Below, piece after piece: positions 15,466 to 29,728 of a DNA stretch of 64,000 nt (within the stretch, counting starts at the first letter, position 1; each line of letters starts with the position of its first letter). This DNA is from Lingula anatina (lineage: Eukaryota > Animalia > Brachiopoda). Made by a program: the position numbers and the translations under genes. The stretch lies in assembly GCA_051362555.1 (NCBI GenBank), contig CM120644.1, positions 12,484,567-12,548,566 of the forward strand. The letters are read 5' to 3'. Below the pieces are notes generated by a model. It did not search any database. It had not been told where the DNA came from and saw only the letters and a list, made by a program, of their open reading frames with translations.

Positions 15466-16521
15466 CATTGGTCAAAAAGGTTGTCCCACCTTCAGTTTCA
15501 TGTGCCTTTATTTATAAATGATCACATCACAGGAGCTAATTGCTGTGAATGGTGATTTTCATTCCAGATACCATAACTATCATGAATACACTTGAATATC
15601 ATTACGCTATTGCCATCTTAGAAGTTTGATTGAATGAAACGGGACCTTGGAAGGAAGAATTGGCAAATACTAAAACAAAACACTCATACTGTTAGGTCAC
15701 TATGAGATCTCTGTGAGGCTCATACTGTTAGCTATAGGTCACTTTTAGGTCTGTGTGTTCTTCGAGAGCTAATATTTTAGTTATTCTTTTAGCCTATGTT
15801 GAGGTCTCTGTGAACTAAATATCTGATTATTTTCCTTATAGAAATTTTAAAAATAATTAAAAAGAAACAAATTTGTTTCTTTTATCAATTTATTGTAATG
15901 TGCAGCCGAGACAAAACGAAAGAGTTTAGCGCAAACGCTTTATTCATTGCTTTATGAGAGCAAGCCACTGTGCTTAAATAAACGTAAGGATGTATAATTC
16001 ATAAACTTTGTTAAACAGATGTACATCACATGGTCAATTGTTTAAAGATTAAAGCAAGTATATGATATACAGGTATAATATATAAAATGCACACATATGC
16101 TTTTCACATTTTTCACTTGTGGACTTGTCAGTTTCTTTTCGACAATATCTTAACGAATCTATTCGTTTCAGTATTATTTATTGAAACTTATTACCCAAGC
16201 AATTACAAAATTACAATAAATCATACATTGCTCTTCATCTAATTATTCTAACAGTTGAAATAGTTGCTTGCAAAATACTTTATTTACTCTACGTCAATTC
16301 GCTCTTTGCCATGCCTTGTCCACTAGCTCGGCTTGGGAGTTTAACCTTAACGGCCCATGGTAAGCGTTCGAATATGAACACATACGTCATGGATATACTT
16401 GGGTTCAAATGATTCTTAACAATAACGCAACTGAAACACGACAGATCAAACTGACCTCACTATAACCAAAACTAAGCTCCCATCTTGGCTGATGTTCTAT
16501 ATTGTTTGTATTCGGCATTGC

Positions 16522-18482
16522 TTAATCAACAAGTGGACCATAAAAATGGTTGTATTTGTTGTTTGGATCTTCGGTAAACCAGAACTCAAGAAAACCTTCT
16601 GCGAAATCTTCAAATGTGATGAGACCATTTTTGTCTGTGTCCATTATATCAAACATTTCATTTGAAAATTGCATTGGTACCGCCATGCCGTAGAAAAAAG
16701 CAACATGCTCATCCTTGGATACAAGCCCATCGTCATCGATGTCCATCATCTTAAAGTCCGCGGAAACGAAGCCATGGTACAACTCTGGTTGAAAGCGGCA
16801 TTGGATGGTGAGTGAATGGATGCTCTGCAAGTATTCGTCTTCGGTGATTTTGTTTCTGTTACCAGCAATTCCTACCCAGTTATGAAGGCATTTGTCTATA
16901 ACATGCTTTGCCTTTTCACCTAATAGAAAAAAAATATATGCCATTTCGAGCCGTTACCACAAGTTTGTTGTAATCAGAGAATCAGGCCTTATAAACGAAT
17001 TATTCGAGCCTCAGATTTGTGATCTCGAACATCCAACGTCTCAAACAATGATTTCAGGGTACGAACGTAAAATTGGTGGCCCCGAACACCGCATTACAAA
17101 CAATAAACTGTTAACCCGCTTCGTTACATTCCGCATTTGCCGGGGATTGTCCAAAACGCATCACTCCTCTATTAATACGCGGTATTTGATACTTGATTTC
17201 AGAAGTTCATCAGTTTGATTTCTTTTGAAGATTTGTATTTAATTTTCATTTATTTCAAAGTTAAAAGATACATGCTGCAGACAGAACAACCTCCACTGCA
17301 GTCGTTGCAATGTAAACTATGGGCATCTGTGTATTTTCCACACCACTCACATGTTTCATCTAGTTCAAACTTTAAGTAATCTCGGCAACTAACATCACTT
17401 TCCTCATTAAATTCTGTTAATGGAGCTGTAGCCATTTTATTAGGCCTTGCTGTAGACGACAATAACCACGTGTATTTCGTTAAAGAATTAGAAAGAGGTA
17501 AAAAGCCGCGCTCTTTCGACTGGGTATCTCCAGTGCTATAACGTGCAGTTTCTAGTATCTTTCGCCATATTAATAATAGTTCGGGATCTAGAGAAAAAGA
17601 TATGTGTACAGAGTGTAGAGACTCGGATGGAAGTTTGCCCAGTAGTTCGTGTTCCTTTGATGCAATGCTTGTTGCCACTATAACGTTAAGTTCGTGCCAT
17701 GAAATGGTAGTTTGAGGCGATAGTTTGGGCGTTCGTGCTCACAAAGGATGAGTGCTAATAAGAGGGTAAAAGCGCCCACCTTTGTACATGAAAAATATGA
17801 ATGAATGGAAATAATTGATGCCGAATTAAAGTTGGGGTCTTACACTTTTATGATCCACTTAAAGAAAAAAATTTTGAATTTGAAATATACAAAATTAAGG
17901 TCAAAATGACCTTGTCAAATATTCATGAAAATGTGTGTTTTAGGGGGGTTCTGGCACACAATGCTACATATCTATAGTAATAGTAAGGTGACAACTGTGA
18001 AATTTTCTAATTGGGTAATAAGTGGCCTACCATTGTTTGTTATCAATATTTTGATTGCTTTATTTGTACATGTAGTGCTGATTGAAAGAAGAATCTTACA
18101 GTGACTTGAGGATAAAAGATGTTCATTTTTTATATGAGCCCCTGTCTCAGACAAGCTAATTATTCACGGTTGAAAAGACATGAATATAAGGTGAGACATA
18201 TGTGAAAATCAGTTTGTCTGAGGGTTGGGCTCGATATGTACTCAAACTAAATAGGGACATTTTCAGTCCATATGCTAGCAGTCGGCCAAGTTTATTCCTG
18301 CCATGAGTTAGCTGCTACATGCTTACATAGGATGGCTAGGCAGATACAGTGAAACTTTTGTACAAAAAGAACAACCCAAAATAAAATGTAGGTCTTTAAA
18401 AGGAAAATACGGGTTAGAGTCAGTGAAATATTTTCAATTACAACCAAAAAAAGAAAAGTAATTTTCATGTAATGCATGCTAT

Positions 18483-18528
<46 letters not shown>

Positions 18529-21456
18529 AAGAAAAAAATATGGATAGGAAATGGAGTCCTAATACAGTAAGTATATCTTATTTTCATTCTTATTTCTCAG
18601 GATTAAGAAAGATTAAACGTAAAATGTGCTTCAGATATTCAAAGTTATATTAATTATCATAATAGCAGATGTACATTGTGATGACTCCTACTACATATAT
18701 AGAGACCCATGCTGTAATAGACCTCTACACATAAGGGTGGCTTGACCCAACCCCCTCTAATGGGCATGAAAGTACATTTTGTACAATCAAAATTGTTGTG
18801 TAAATGTCCCCTTTTATGTCTATTTTGCATAAAAAGTAAAATAAAAGGCTCCATCACACACAGTGACACCCTAGTTTTGTTACTTATTACCTAATCTTCC
18901 AACCAGTACTATTCATAATAGCTTTGTAGAGTTTTTTCTTTTTCTTTTTTTTCACCAAAATGCTTTGAATGGCTTTATTTGTCAAGGAGATCAGTGAAAA
19001 CCTATTGACTTGGTATATAGTCCAAACAAAAGACCACTAGCCTATAATAATTACCAGAAGTTTACCAGATAAAGCAAGCTAGCCAATATACTGGTGAGCA
19101 TCTGCTACCGTCTGTAGATGGCCAGTTTGAAATCAGTGTATGCAAGGATGCACCTGATTTAATCAGAGCCAAAATAGTTTTAACTATTAAAATTAAGGCA
19201 CACATCTAGCCACCAGTACACATTATGGATTCCCATAGCAAAACTAGACCCATCAGTGGCTGGTACTGTCAGTGTAAAGCTGGTTCCAAGACAGTTGGAA
19301 GTTGTGCACATATCACTTCATTTCTGTGGTATATGTGGTTTGCCATGAGGCAGGGATACAATCAAAATTATGTTGTGGAGAAGGCTGTTTGGATGCCTCA
19401 CATTTACCAACATCAAGTGGTGACAGTATTAGCGAGACAGAAAGTGTTTCGGACAGCACATCTGATTAATTATCTATTGTTTCTTAATACATTTTATTCT
19501 CATATTTGTATATTTTGTATAAAATAACTCTTGCATTGCATTCTATATAAGGTCTTTATCACATACATAATCGTATATGAAGTACTTTTTAGGTGATTTA
19601 ATTTCATTGTCATACAGATTATTGACCATAACTGTTATTATGTGTACTATATTTTCATTTAGTTTTACTTATACCTTATCATTATTTTGGTACAATTTAT
19701 ACCTTGGTTATTTTATGGTTAATGGAAACATTCCAAATAGCTGTTTAGAGTGCTTTCACACATGATTTTTTTTTGTTGTTACTGTAACAGCCTTTTGCTT
19801 TTAACATTTTTTTCTATTCCTTAGAGCCTTGTACAAAATGTGTATTGGTTAAAAATACAATTATTTAGACCAACAAATGCTGGTTTGTGAGAAAAGTTAT
19901 ATAAAATTAATAAATGCGCTGAAATAAGTTGTTCTAGTTACAAGAATTTTATACAGTAAAGTGAAATTAGTGATGGCTTCTGTGAGAAAATACCGTGATA
20001 CACCACCCCTCCCTCTCTTCTCTAGGATTAAAAATAAAAATAAAAACAATAATTACTTTCCCATTTAATTGTGCCAATCATTATTTAAAATATATCTCTT
20101 TTTTTACATTACAAGACAAGTTTCATCAGAAAAAAACCATTTATGCAATATATATGCTGAAACAAGTTGCTCTGAGTCATTAGACTGCATACAACAGGTA
20201 AATCTGGCTACCCCCCGCCCCCCACATATAACTCTTTAAAAATACTAAGTTACGATGCCTCAAACCAAATAATTTTTTTCACACAACAAATACATGCATA
20301 AACTTTATAATAGGAAATTATTAAAAAATTTTGACGATGGGCACTTTGCCAATGGTTATCTGCACTCATCCTTTGAGACAAACGACAATTATTGTTTATG
20401 GGGCATGATAATGTTTCTAGGGCAGTTATACAGTAATAAAGTGACACACAATGCAACTCCAATCGCCTAACGTTTTGTCAGTACAGATAATTTTTTCGAG
20501 GTTTGCTCTTTTAAGATACTAAAAAACCGTGCCCTCTCTGTGTTTGACTTAAACGGTTTAATTTTGTATTTTCTGATAGCTCTGTGTGTTAACGAATCAC
20601 CACGAATGGATAATAATAATGACATCTTCATTTATGAAATGTGCACGTACCATCAAGGCTCCTAAAATCTGCAATGCGCTTCCCAATGGCTTTATAATCT
20701 TCTCTAGTTAGGTATCCATCAGCGTCTGAATCAGAACGTTTAAACATACAACGAACTTTTCTCTTCCAGTGTTCAGACCCAGTGACACATGGGAAATCTG
20801 CTGGCAGCTGAAATGATATTAGCCATTTTTCAATTTTCTTTATTATATTTACAGTTATGGTAACAGTGATTCATATCTTATTATTATTATTATTATTATC
20901 ATTATTATTGTTATTATTATCATTATTTTGTATGAGTGACTGCTACAACGTGTACTACTACTGCTTCTATACTTCTATTACTGCTTTGGAACATCTATGT
21001 ACAATTTGATTGTCTATCGATGAGTCGATTTAAAGATCATATGCAGCCTATGTTCGTAAGCAATATACATAATGGGTAAAAGTACAACTTCTTGTTAACT
21101 ATAGTACATATTAAGTATTCTTTCCTATCCAATATTATATTTAAAGCGCCAAAGATTAATATAATCAGTCTTTAAATCTCCTGCACTTTGAAAATATGCA
21201 GTACCTTTTTTGCCCAAAAGAAAATGCTTTTAGTGCATCTGCAAAACTCTACTGAGACTGATACCATAAACAATTCGTTTTTCAGTCGACTTACTTTTCC
21301 AAGACGCAGTGTTCCAGTTGTCAACCTCCGGACAGGTTGGAGGACATTCTTTAATCTCAAGGTAGGACGAACGAACGTTGCTAATCCCCTACTCGATACG
21401 ATATCCCAAACGAACCCCCAACTACGCAATGCAGTATTTGACATGACCAACATCAT
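16522..21456 (-). CDS. EF-hand protein gene 2 (subfamily A); exons 21456-21295, 20807-20651, 16919-16522
   Basis: Same exon 2 and 3 sizes (157, 398 nt) and splice sites as gene 1, frame open. Exon 2 reads LPADFPCVTGSEHWKRKVRCMFKRSDSDADGYLTRED; exon 3 is the ORF 16522-16944 ending FYGPLVD. Confidence 0.9.
17742..20375 (+). mobile_element. Decayed DNA transposon in gene 2 intron 2 with a SWIM-type zinc-finger remnant
   Basis: Absent from the homologous introns of genes 1 and 3. Perfect 14 bp inverted ends caaaggatgagtgc / gcactcatcctttg. Internal WYCQCKAGSKTVGSCAHITSFLWY at about 19260-19330. Confidence 0.75.
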
Positions 21457-21604
21457 TAACTTGCAAACACTCTAGTCTCTCCGGTAACTTTTATTTCCTT
21501 AAATGTAACAGGACCAACCAAACTACATGTACTTTTAAAGGTAAAACATGCGCGAAAGTGTCATTTTATATTCAAAAGGTACTATGTCACAGTACACAGA
21601 ATAA

Positions 21605-21819
21605 GACCCCGTTCCCACAGATTTTAGATCGATCTATCCCTGTGGGGAGTCTCACCAGATCACTGTTAGATTAGCCGGCTTTAATGTCTTTCCCGCCTAC
21701 TAACAGCTGTAAGGGGGTAATTAACTACCGTGCGCGCTCGGCTGACATCAATTTAGCGTGAACCCCGAGGGAGTTAGGTCGATCTAGATGGATCTATCTA
21801 AATCTATGGGAATGCAGTA
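21605..21819. mobile_element. MITE, PIF/Harbinger-like
   Basis: Imperfect inverted ends (ttcccacagattttagatcgatc / gatctatctaaatctatgggaa), TAA on both flanks, absent from the gene 1 homologous site near 3345. Confidence 0.7.
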
Positions 21820-21962
21820 TAAGAGGTGAATGTTCGGCGACCCATGTCACCTTGGATGATTCAGACGACTTGAAAGGTATCTATGGACAGCCTATAAGTA
21901 TGGAGGTGCGTATAATATTAGTTCCAGGCTCATTTGACTTTTATAAAATTCGTATAAGCATA

Positions 21963-21996
<34 letters not shown>

Positions 21997-24059
21997 GAAA
22001 TTCGGTGATGGTACTTTTTTTCTTAGCCTACACGATGTGATTGTGTTTGATCGCAATGAAAGGTGAAAAACAGAACTGAACTTGAACAATGAATATCTGT
22101 CAATGCTACAGTAAGTTTTATCGAGTTTTGTGACGCAATTTCGCAGTAAACTTATTAATTATATCTACATTGTGTGTAACGTTTTTAAAATATACCATCA
22201 TTTAAGGATTGTTTTTGTCTGCATAAGAGGAATCTACGTCAATATAGCGCACACATTTTGTGTAATATTTGCAAAACGGTTTAATACCACTTGTTTTAGT
22301 ACTGTTGATTTTTCTTTCAGATTAAATTAACGACTATAGAATGAAACGGGAGAATAAAGTTGAAGGTCAGAATGAATATTTCACAAACTGTGGGCGTCAA
22401 TAACGTGACTAAGAGAGTCACTTTTTTGCGAAATGATATATCAATATCGTAAAATTACCTGACATAGGACATCATCAGCATGAATAAGGTGCTACAATAT
22501 GGGCATGATGGAATTTCAATTCTTTACACTTTTAGGGGTGTTCGGTGAACCAGACACTAATGTCAGATTCATCATTTTACATAAGGGTGAGATCAACACG
22601 TGGAACCCTTCACGTAAAAATGTAAGTTAAACATTTAGTGCGTAACGGAGGGGTTAGAAGGGTCTATTTACGTGGCCTTGGTATATATAGCCACGACAAG
22701 CCTTTGAAACTGTTGCTGACTTGGATGTGACGTGACTAACCCAAAGATAGAGAGTATGGTTCCCATTAATTTGCACCTGTAGATTTTGACCTGCTTACTT
22801 TATGCTAACCCTAACCTGTTAAATTAAATGGAGCGTGGACTCTCTGGGTGGACCTTTAGTTTCGTCACACCGGGACATGTATTATTTTTATATTTTGCAT
22901 CGTGTTCCAATATGTTTTGTAGTGATTCAGTAATCGTAACGAATGTTTTCTTGAAAATGTACGAAAAAGACTATATCTGTATTTGCCCAAGCACTTAAGG
23001 CAATGCCAATAGGCAACAGGGATTTTATATTGTCAACTGATATACCTCTATTTAGTGTTTGGTTTGATATTTCTGACATACCTGTACACGTAATTGCTGC
23101 ACCACAAATAAAAAAATAGTTCATTTAATGCTGCTTTTATTGTTGAAAGTACTGCATATATTTTTATAACGTTCAGTGACAAACAATTTTAAATCACGCA
23201 AAAATTAATCACTCTTTACTAAAGATTATCATGTTTATTTTACAACTTTATACTGGTCGGAAATAAGGACGATAGGCCTAACCAGTGTTGATCAGATTTT
23301 CAAAGTGAGTAAAATACCTCTGCAGCCGAAAGTTAACCATTTGTGATAGCAACTTACCCCTGTATGTGCATTTTGGGGGTAAGAAGATGATTTTTAAATT
23401 ATAATTCATGGTTTTAAGGCAGTGAAGCTTTAATACAAACTTATGTGATACCGTAAATTATCAAACACAGATATCAATCTGTGCACTCAATATTTTAAAT
23501 GCATGCCTGTAACTTCATTTGCACCTTTACAGTGGATTTGTGCGTTTTACAAACTGGAGTGACGGATAAAAAGTCAAATTTGAGACCTAACGTGTAGTTT
23601 TTAAGTTCGTTTTTGGCTGATTAAGTGATTGCTTTGGTTTATCCTTTGGCAGCTGTTTTATTAAATTTGAGTCGTATAAGAAACTAGTAGTCGTGATTTA
23701 TGTGTGTTATACTAGGTAATCCACGCTCGCTTTATATGTAACTTAACAAATCTGTTGTTTAAAGATAAGGCGCTTTTTTTCTTGAATATTTTTTAAAATG
23801 AAAAATAAAGAATTCATATGCATTATAGTAACAAGAGTGATAACAATGATGGTAATCATAATAGCAATACTAGTAACAATATACATAATCTCACACACAC
23901 ATACCTCTTCGTTATACAACGGTGCAAATATACATTAAAGTTGGCAGTTGGGACATGAAAACATGTTGGTGAAATACACAAGTTTTTTCATTTAAGCTCA
24001 TGTTTGATTCACCAGTGCGCATGGGAGAAAGCACAAAAACATGGTGGAATCTTTATACA

Positions 24060-24398
24060 CGATTCAGAATTCGACATGACCTTCTGCAAACTCTTCAAAT
24101 GAAATGATGCCGTCTGTGTCCATGTCATCAAATATAGCCTTCGAGTTGGGTATTGAGTTGGAACTCTAAGGCCGTAGAAATACGCAGTGTGCTCTTCTTT
24201 GGATACAAAACCATTGTCGTCAGTGTCCATCCATTTAAATTTCGCTAAAACAATACTGTTGTACAACTCTGGTTGGGAGTGGCATGGTGGCTGAGTGGTA
24301 GTTCTGCAAGTATTCTTTCTCATGATTTCTGCTTTTGATTCCACTAATAACTGCCCAAAGATGGCGACATTTGTCAAAAACACCCTCGGTCTGTTCAT
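24060..24398 (-). pseudogene. Frameshifted, truncated orphan copy of subfamily A exon 3
   Basis: Retains an acceptor (ccgttag|AT GAA CAG) and reads DEQTEGVFDKCRHLW...EKEYLQ. It then frameshifts to QPELY...MDTDDNGFVSKEEH..YFYGLRVPTQ and again to DDMDTDGIISFEEFAEG. No C-terminus, and no exons 1-2 of its own. Confidence 0.85.
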
Positions 24399-25164
24399 CT
24401 AACGGAGACAGTGAGATTTACATGTAGGTATGTGTGTTCTTTGATAGATAATATTTTAGATATTCTTTTAGTGCTGGGGTGTTGGGGTGTCTGTGGGCTA
24501 AATATCTGATCATTTTCCTTTTAGGAATTTTAGAGATAATTAAAAAGAAACAAATGTGTTTATTGCATCAAAATTATTGTAATGTGCACCCGAGACAAAA
24601 CGAACCAGAATAGCGCAAACGCTTTATTCATTGCTTTATGAGAGCAAGCCACTGTGCTTAAATTAACATAAGAATGTATATTTCATAAACTTTGTTAAAC
24701 AGATGTGCATCATATGGTCAATTGTTTAAAGATTAAAGCAAGTATATGATACACAGGTATAATATATAAAATGTACATATATGCTCGTAGTATTAACTTG
24801 TGGACTTGGCAGTTTCTTTTAGAGAATTACAAAATTACAATAAATCATACATTGCATTTCATCTAATCATTCTAACAGTTGAAATAGTTGCATGCAAAAT
24901 ACTTTTTTTTTACTCTGCGTCAGTTCACTATTTGCCATGCCTTGTCCACACGCTTGACTTAGAAGTTTAACTGCCTTGTTGAACGGCTCATGGGAAGCGT
25001 TCGAATATGGACACATGCTTCATGGATATATTTTGGGTTCAAATGATTCTTAAAGATAAATCAACTGAAACAAGAAAGAACAATTAGGTACAACTGACCG
25101 CATTGTAAAAACAATATAAGTTCCAGCTGTGTTGACGTTCAATATTGTTTTTTAATGACATTGG

Positions 25165-27781
25165 TTAATCAACAAGTGGACCATAAAAATTGTTGTATAT
25201 GTTGTTTGGATCTTCGGTAAGCCAGAACTCAAGAAAACCTTCTGAGAACTCTTCAAATGTGATGAGACCATTTTTGTCTGTGTCCATTTTATCAAACATT
25301 TCCTTTGAAAATTGCGTTGGAACCCTTAAGCCGTAGAAAAAAGCAGCATGTTCATCCTTTGAAACAAGGCCATTGTCATCAATGTCCATCATCGCAAATT
25401 GCGTGGAAACGAAGCCATGGTACAACTCCGGTCGAAAGCGGCATTGAATGGTGAGGGAATGGATGCTCTGCAGGTATTCTTTCTCAGTGATTTTGTTTTT
25501 ATTTCCAGCAACTCCTTCCCAGTTATGAAGACATTTCTCTATAACATTCTTTGTCTTTTCACCTAATTGAAAAAATACATTTAGTCTGTTGTACAGTTAT
25601 AAATGAAGGGAAAGACGCAGCGTCAAGGCAAAGAATCAGACCTTAAAAACGAATAAGCCGTTTGCGAAATCGAGTCTCAGATTTGTGATCTCGAACGCCT
25701 GAATTATCGACTCGAACCACCCTACCTGTTCAGTACATTCTGCGTGTGCCGGGGATCGTCAAAAATGAATTACTCCTGTTTGAAATAATACGCGTTTGAA
25801 TACGCGGTATTTGATACTATATTTTTGAAATTAATCGGTTTGATTTCTGTTGTGGCTTTTTATTTATTTTTCATTCATTTTCTCATGATGAAGTACATGC
25901 ATGCTGCAGACAATAACATTTCTACTGTAGTCGTTGCAATGTAAACTATGGGCGTCTGTGCCTTTTCCACATCACTTTTCCACCTAGCTGTACTAATACT
26001 TCAAAGTTTAAGTGGCCAAGGCAATTAACATCACTTTCTTCCTCAAATCCTGTCATGAAGCTCTTGTCACTTGACCGGGGCTTGGTGTAGACTTCATAAA
26101 CCATGTGTCTTTCGTTAAAGGATTAGAAAGAGGTAAAACAGCCTTACTCTTTCGACAAGGTGCAGTTTCTAGTATCTTCCGCCACATTGAAAATAGTTCG
26201 GGATCACGAGAAAAAGATATGTGTACAGCTGGAGGCTCGGATGAAAGTTCGTGTTCCTGTGATGCGGTGCTACCGTGTAGGTGCCACTATAACTTTGAGT
26301 TCATGCCAAGAAATCGTGTTTTGGGTATCAGGACAACCCCCCTCCGTACAATTCCCCTCTGACGATCCCCCTGAAGAAAATGTATTTATATACAAATACA
26401 GATCTAAGGTACAGAGCATAACGTTCAAATATGTTCATCCTTTGTATGACTGTGATGATGCTCTCGTCTGGCAACCGATTTGTTGCAGAAACACGGGGCT
26501 CTTAGGATGGTTCAACCGTCTTTGAGCCCTGATATTAATCCCACTGAGCACCTGCGGCATTAATTGGAATGTGCAAGGCAGAGGAGAACCAATTTTCAAA
26601 AAATCTAGGTCAATTCCGCCACGCTCTTTAGGATGAGTGGGACAATATCCCACAAAACAGAATTTTAACCCTTGTTGAAGGCTTGTCGCGCCGCCTACAG
26701 GAGATAATTGCAGTACGCGGTAGACACACACACACTATTAGGCACGAGACCTTTAAAGAGCACACCTTAATGTTATTTGTGTGTAAATTTGGTGACATTT
26801 GATGGCTCCTTTTCAATTTAATAGACATTTCTTTACATCTGTGGAAATCACAGTGAAACACTGGATTTGGGGGGTACCTGGTATAAATTTGACTAAATGG
26901 TATAAAACGTATATATTTTCACCACTATTTTGTATTTTCTGAACGATTAATCACGTTAGACATGGAATCTGGAATAAAAAGCACCGTTTATAACAAATTA
27001 CATCTGTGAGGGGATCATATGTAATATAAGTACATGGAAATTTGGGTGGGACAACCTTTTTGACCAATGTGATATATATATATATATTTTTTTTTTTTTG
27101 GGGGGGGGGGAGGAGGAATCGTCCAGGGGGTTGTCCTGAGGGTGAATTGTCCTAGAACCGTAGTTAGACGATAGTTTGAGCGTTTGTGTTCACAAATCTG
27201 AAGCTCGCGATCGTGATCGAAAACGACAATTATTCTTTATGGCACATGGTAGTGTTTCTAGGGCATTTATGAAGCAATAAAGTGACACACACTGAAATTT
27301 CAATAGCTTAACGTTTAGTAAATGCTGAGAAATTTAACGAGGTGTGCTCTTTTGATTTATTCAAATAACTCTGTATTAACTTATACGGTTCAATTGTGTG
27401 TTTCCTGATAGCTCAGTCTGTTAACACTGGCATAAATCAATAAATGCATCTTAAGAAATTGTACTATCCGTTAACCTGTGCACGTACCGTCAAGGTTCAT
27501 AAATTCTGCAATGCGCTTCCCAAAGACCATAAAATCTTCGCCAGTTATAAATCCATCAGTATTTTCATCATAACGTTTAAACACACTACGAACTTTTCTT
27601 TTCCAGTGATCAGATCCGGTGACATATGGAAAATCTGCTGGCAGCTGAAATGATATTAACCATTTTTTAGAGTTTTTTATTCTATTTGTACTCATTTACT
27701 CAATTATGGTTATTATTGTATCAGTGATTTATATATAATAAAAATAAATAATAATAATAATAATAATAATAATTATAATTA

Positions 27782-27836
<55 letters not shown>

Positions 27837-28454
27837 CTTACTAGTAGTAGTTTGGAACATCTAAATCTAAAGTTCAAAATAAAAAGAACCGTGTACCAAG
27901 CTGGATTATATTCAGTATCCCCTTTTTTTTCTAAAATCACACGTTTTATGTACATTTTGATGGTTTTTTGATGAGTCTATTTAAAGGTCCTATGCAGCTT
28001 ATGTTCGTTTCCTTTATACAAGATACATAATACATGTAGGTAAAGGTAAAATTTCTTGTTAGTACATATTAAGTATTCTTTCTTGCCCATCATAATATAA
28101 AAAGGACCAAAGATAAATATCATCAAAATCTGTACCTCTCCTGCACTTTGAACATATTTATGTACAAATATTCGGTATTTCCTCAGTACCTTTTAGACGT
28201 TCAAAAAGAAAAATACTTTGAGTGCATCTGCAAAGCTTTACTGCGCTTAATATCCTGATTTTATCCATTTTCAGTCTACTTACTTTTCCAAAATGCGATG
28301 TTCCGGTTGTCAGCCTCCGGACAGGTTGGAAGCAATGTACCTTAGTTTGACGGACACTCCTTATTCTCAAGGTGGGACGAACAATCTTTGCTAATCTCCT
28401 TCTCGATTTGAAATCCCGAACTAACCACCAACTATGCAATGCAATATTTGACAT
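25165..28454 (-). CDS. EF-hand protein gene 3 (subfamily A); exons 28454-28284, 27644-27488, 25562-25165
   Basis: Exons of 171/157/398 nt with GT-AG boundaries. EF loops DENTDGFITGED, DIDDNGLVSKDE and DTDKNGLITFEE; ends FYGPLVD. Confidence 0.9.
26320..27160. mobile_element. Composite insertion in gene 3 intron 2
   Basis: Absent from genes 1 and 2. Inverted caggacaaccccc / gggggttgtcctg near the ends. Contains the reverse complement (27046-27070) of the repeat end at 15465-15490. Confidence 0.55.
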
Positions 28455-28757
28455 GGTCAATATTTTCAATTAAGAAACACTCTGGTCTCTCCGGTCACTT
28501 TAAATAACTGGCGACAACAGACAAGTCCTTTGCTTTTCTGTTACCCCAACCAGCTACGTGTGTAAATGTACCAGGACCAACCAAACTACATGTAATAGGA
28601 AACGATGAACATTAACCCCTTTTAAAGACTAAGCATGCGCGAAGGTATCATGATCAAAAAAGGTGTAATGTTACAGTACACAAAACAAAAAGCAAGAAGA
28701 ATAAGAGGTATTCGGCGACCCACTGGCCTTGAGTAATTGAGACGATAAGTATGTACA

Positions 28758-28975
28758 CACTGGACAATAGAAGTGTCACCCCTACTGAACCAATACTTTG
28801 GGGGAGATAAATGACTGTGGAAGATATGCTCCTGGTATCATTCTATTAAAATCAAATTTCACAAAAAGACCAACAATTCCATGGTACAGCGGTTGTATAC
28901 TCATTAGTCACAGGTAGACCAAGCATTATAACTTTATAACTCTGATTCAGGGGGTGACACTTCTATTTTCCAGTG
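28758..28975. mobile_element. MITE with ~25 bp TIRs
   Basis: cactggacaatagaagtgtcacccc / ggggtgacacttctattttccagtg with one mismatch; absent upstream of genes 1 and 2. Confidence 0.8.
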
Positions 28976-29688
28976 CGTTTAGGTGCATTTATTATAAGTC
29001 GCTTGAGGCTCGCTTGAGTTTTATAAAACTTGTATATTTTATATTATTATTATTACTATTGTTATTGTTACTATTGTTATTTTTATTATACCACTTAACA
29101 GGAGATTGAAATTCGGCGATTGCACTTTTTTCTTAGACTACGATGCGATTGTGAAAAGTGAAAAACAGAACTGAACTTGAACTTGAACAGTGATTATTTG
29201 TCATTGCTACAGCCAGTTTTATCAAAAGTTTTGTGGCAAAATTCACAGTAAGCTAATATCTACTTCACGTACCCCTGTGTAAGGTTTTTTTAAATATTCT
29301 ATCATTTATGCAGGGCTCTCCACAAGAAGCGATCCGATCTCATGAGTTGAGCCAAAATAACGCACACATTTTGTTTAATATTTGCAAAACTGTTGAACTA
29401 AAATAATTACTTGTTTTGTAACTCTTGATTTTTTAAAGATTGAATTAACGGATATGTAATGAAACGGGAAAATAAAGCGGAAGGTCAGAATAAATATTAC
29501 ACAAACTGTGGGCGTCAATAACGTGACTAAGAGAGTCACTTTTTGCGGAATGATATATCAAGATCGTAAAATTACCAGACACAAGTCATAAGCATGAGCA
29601 AGATGCAACAATATGGGCATGCTGGAATTTTAAGGTTTTTCAATTTAAGACGTCACATTCATCATGTTTTACTTTAAGGTGAGATCAA

Positions 29689-29728
<40 letters not shown>

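Noticed and set aside
19225-19527. Host SWIM zinc-finger gene
   Set aside because: A short fragment inside a TIR-bounded insertion that is absent from the paralogous introns, so a transposon relic.
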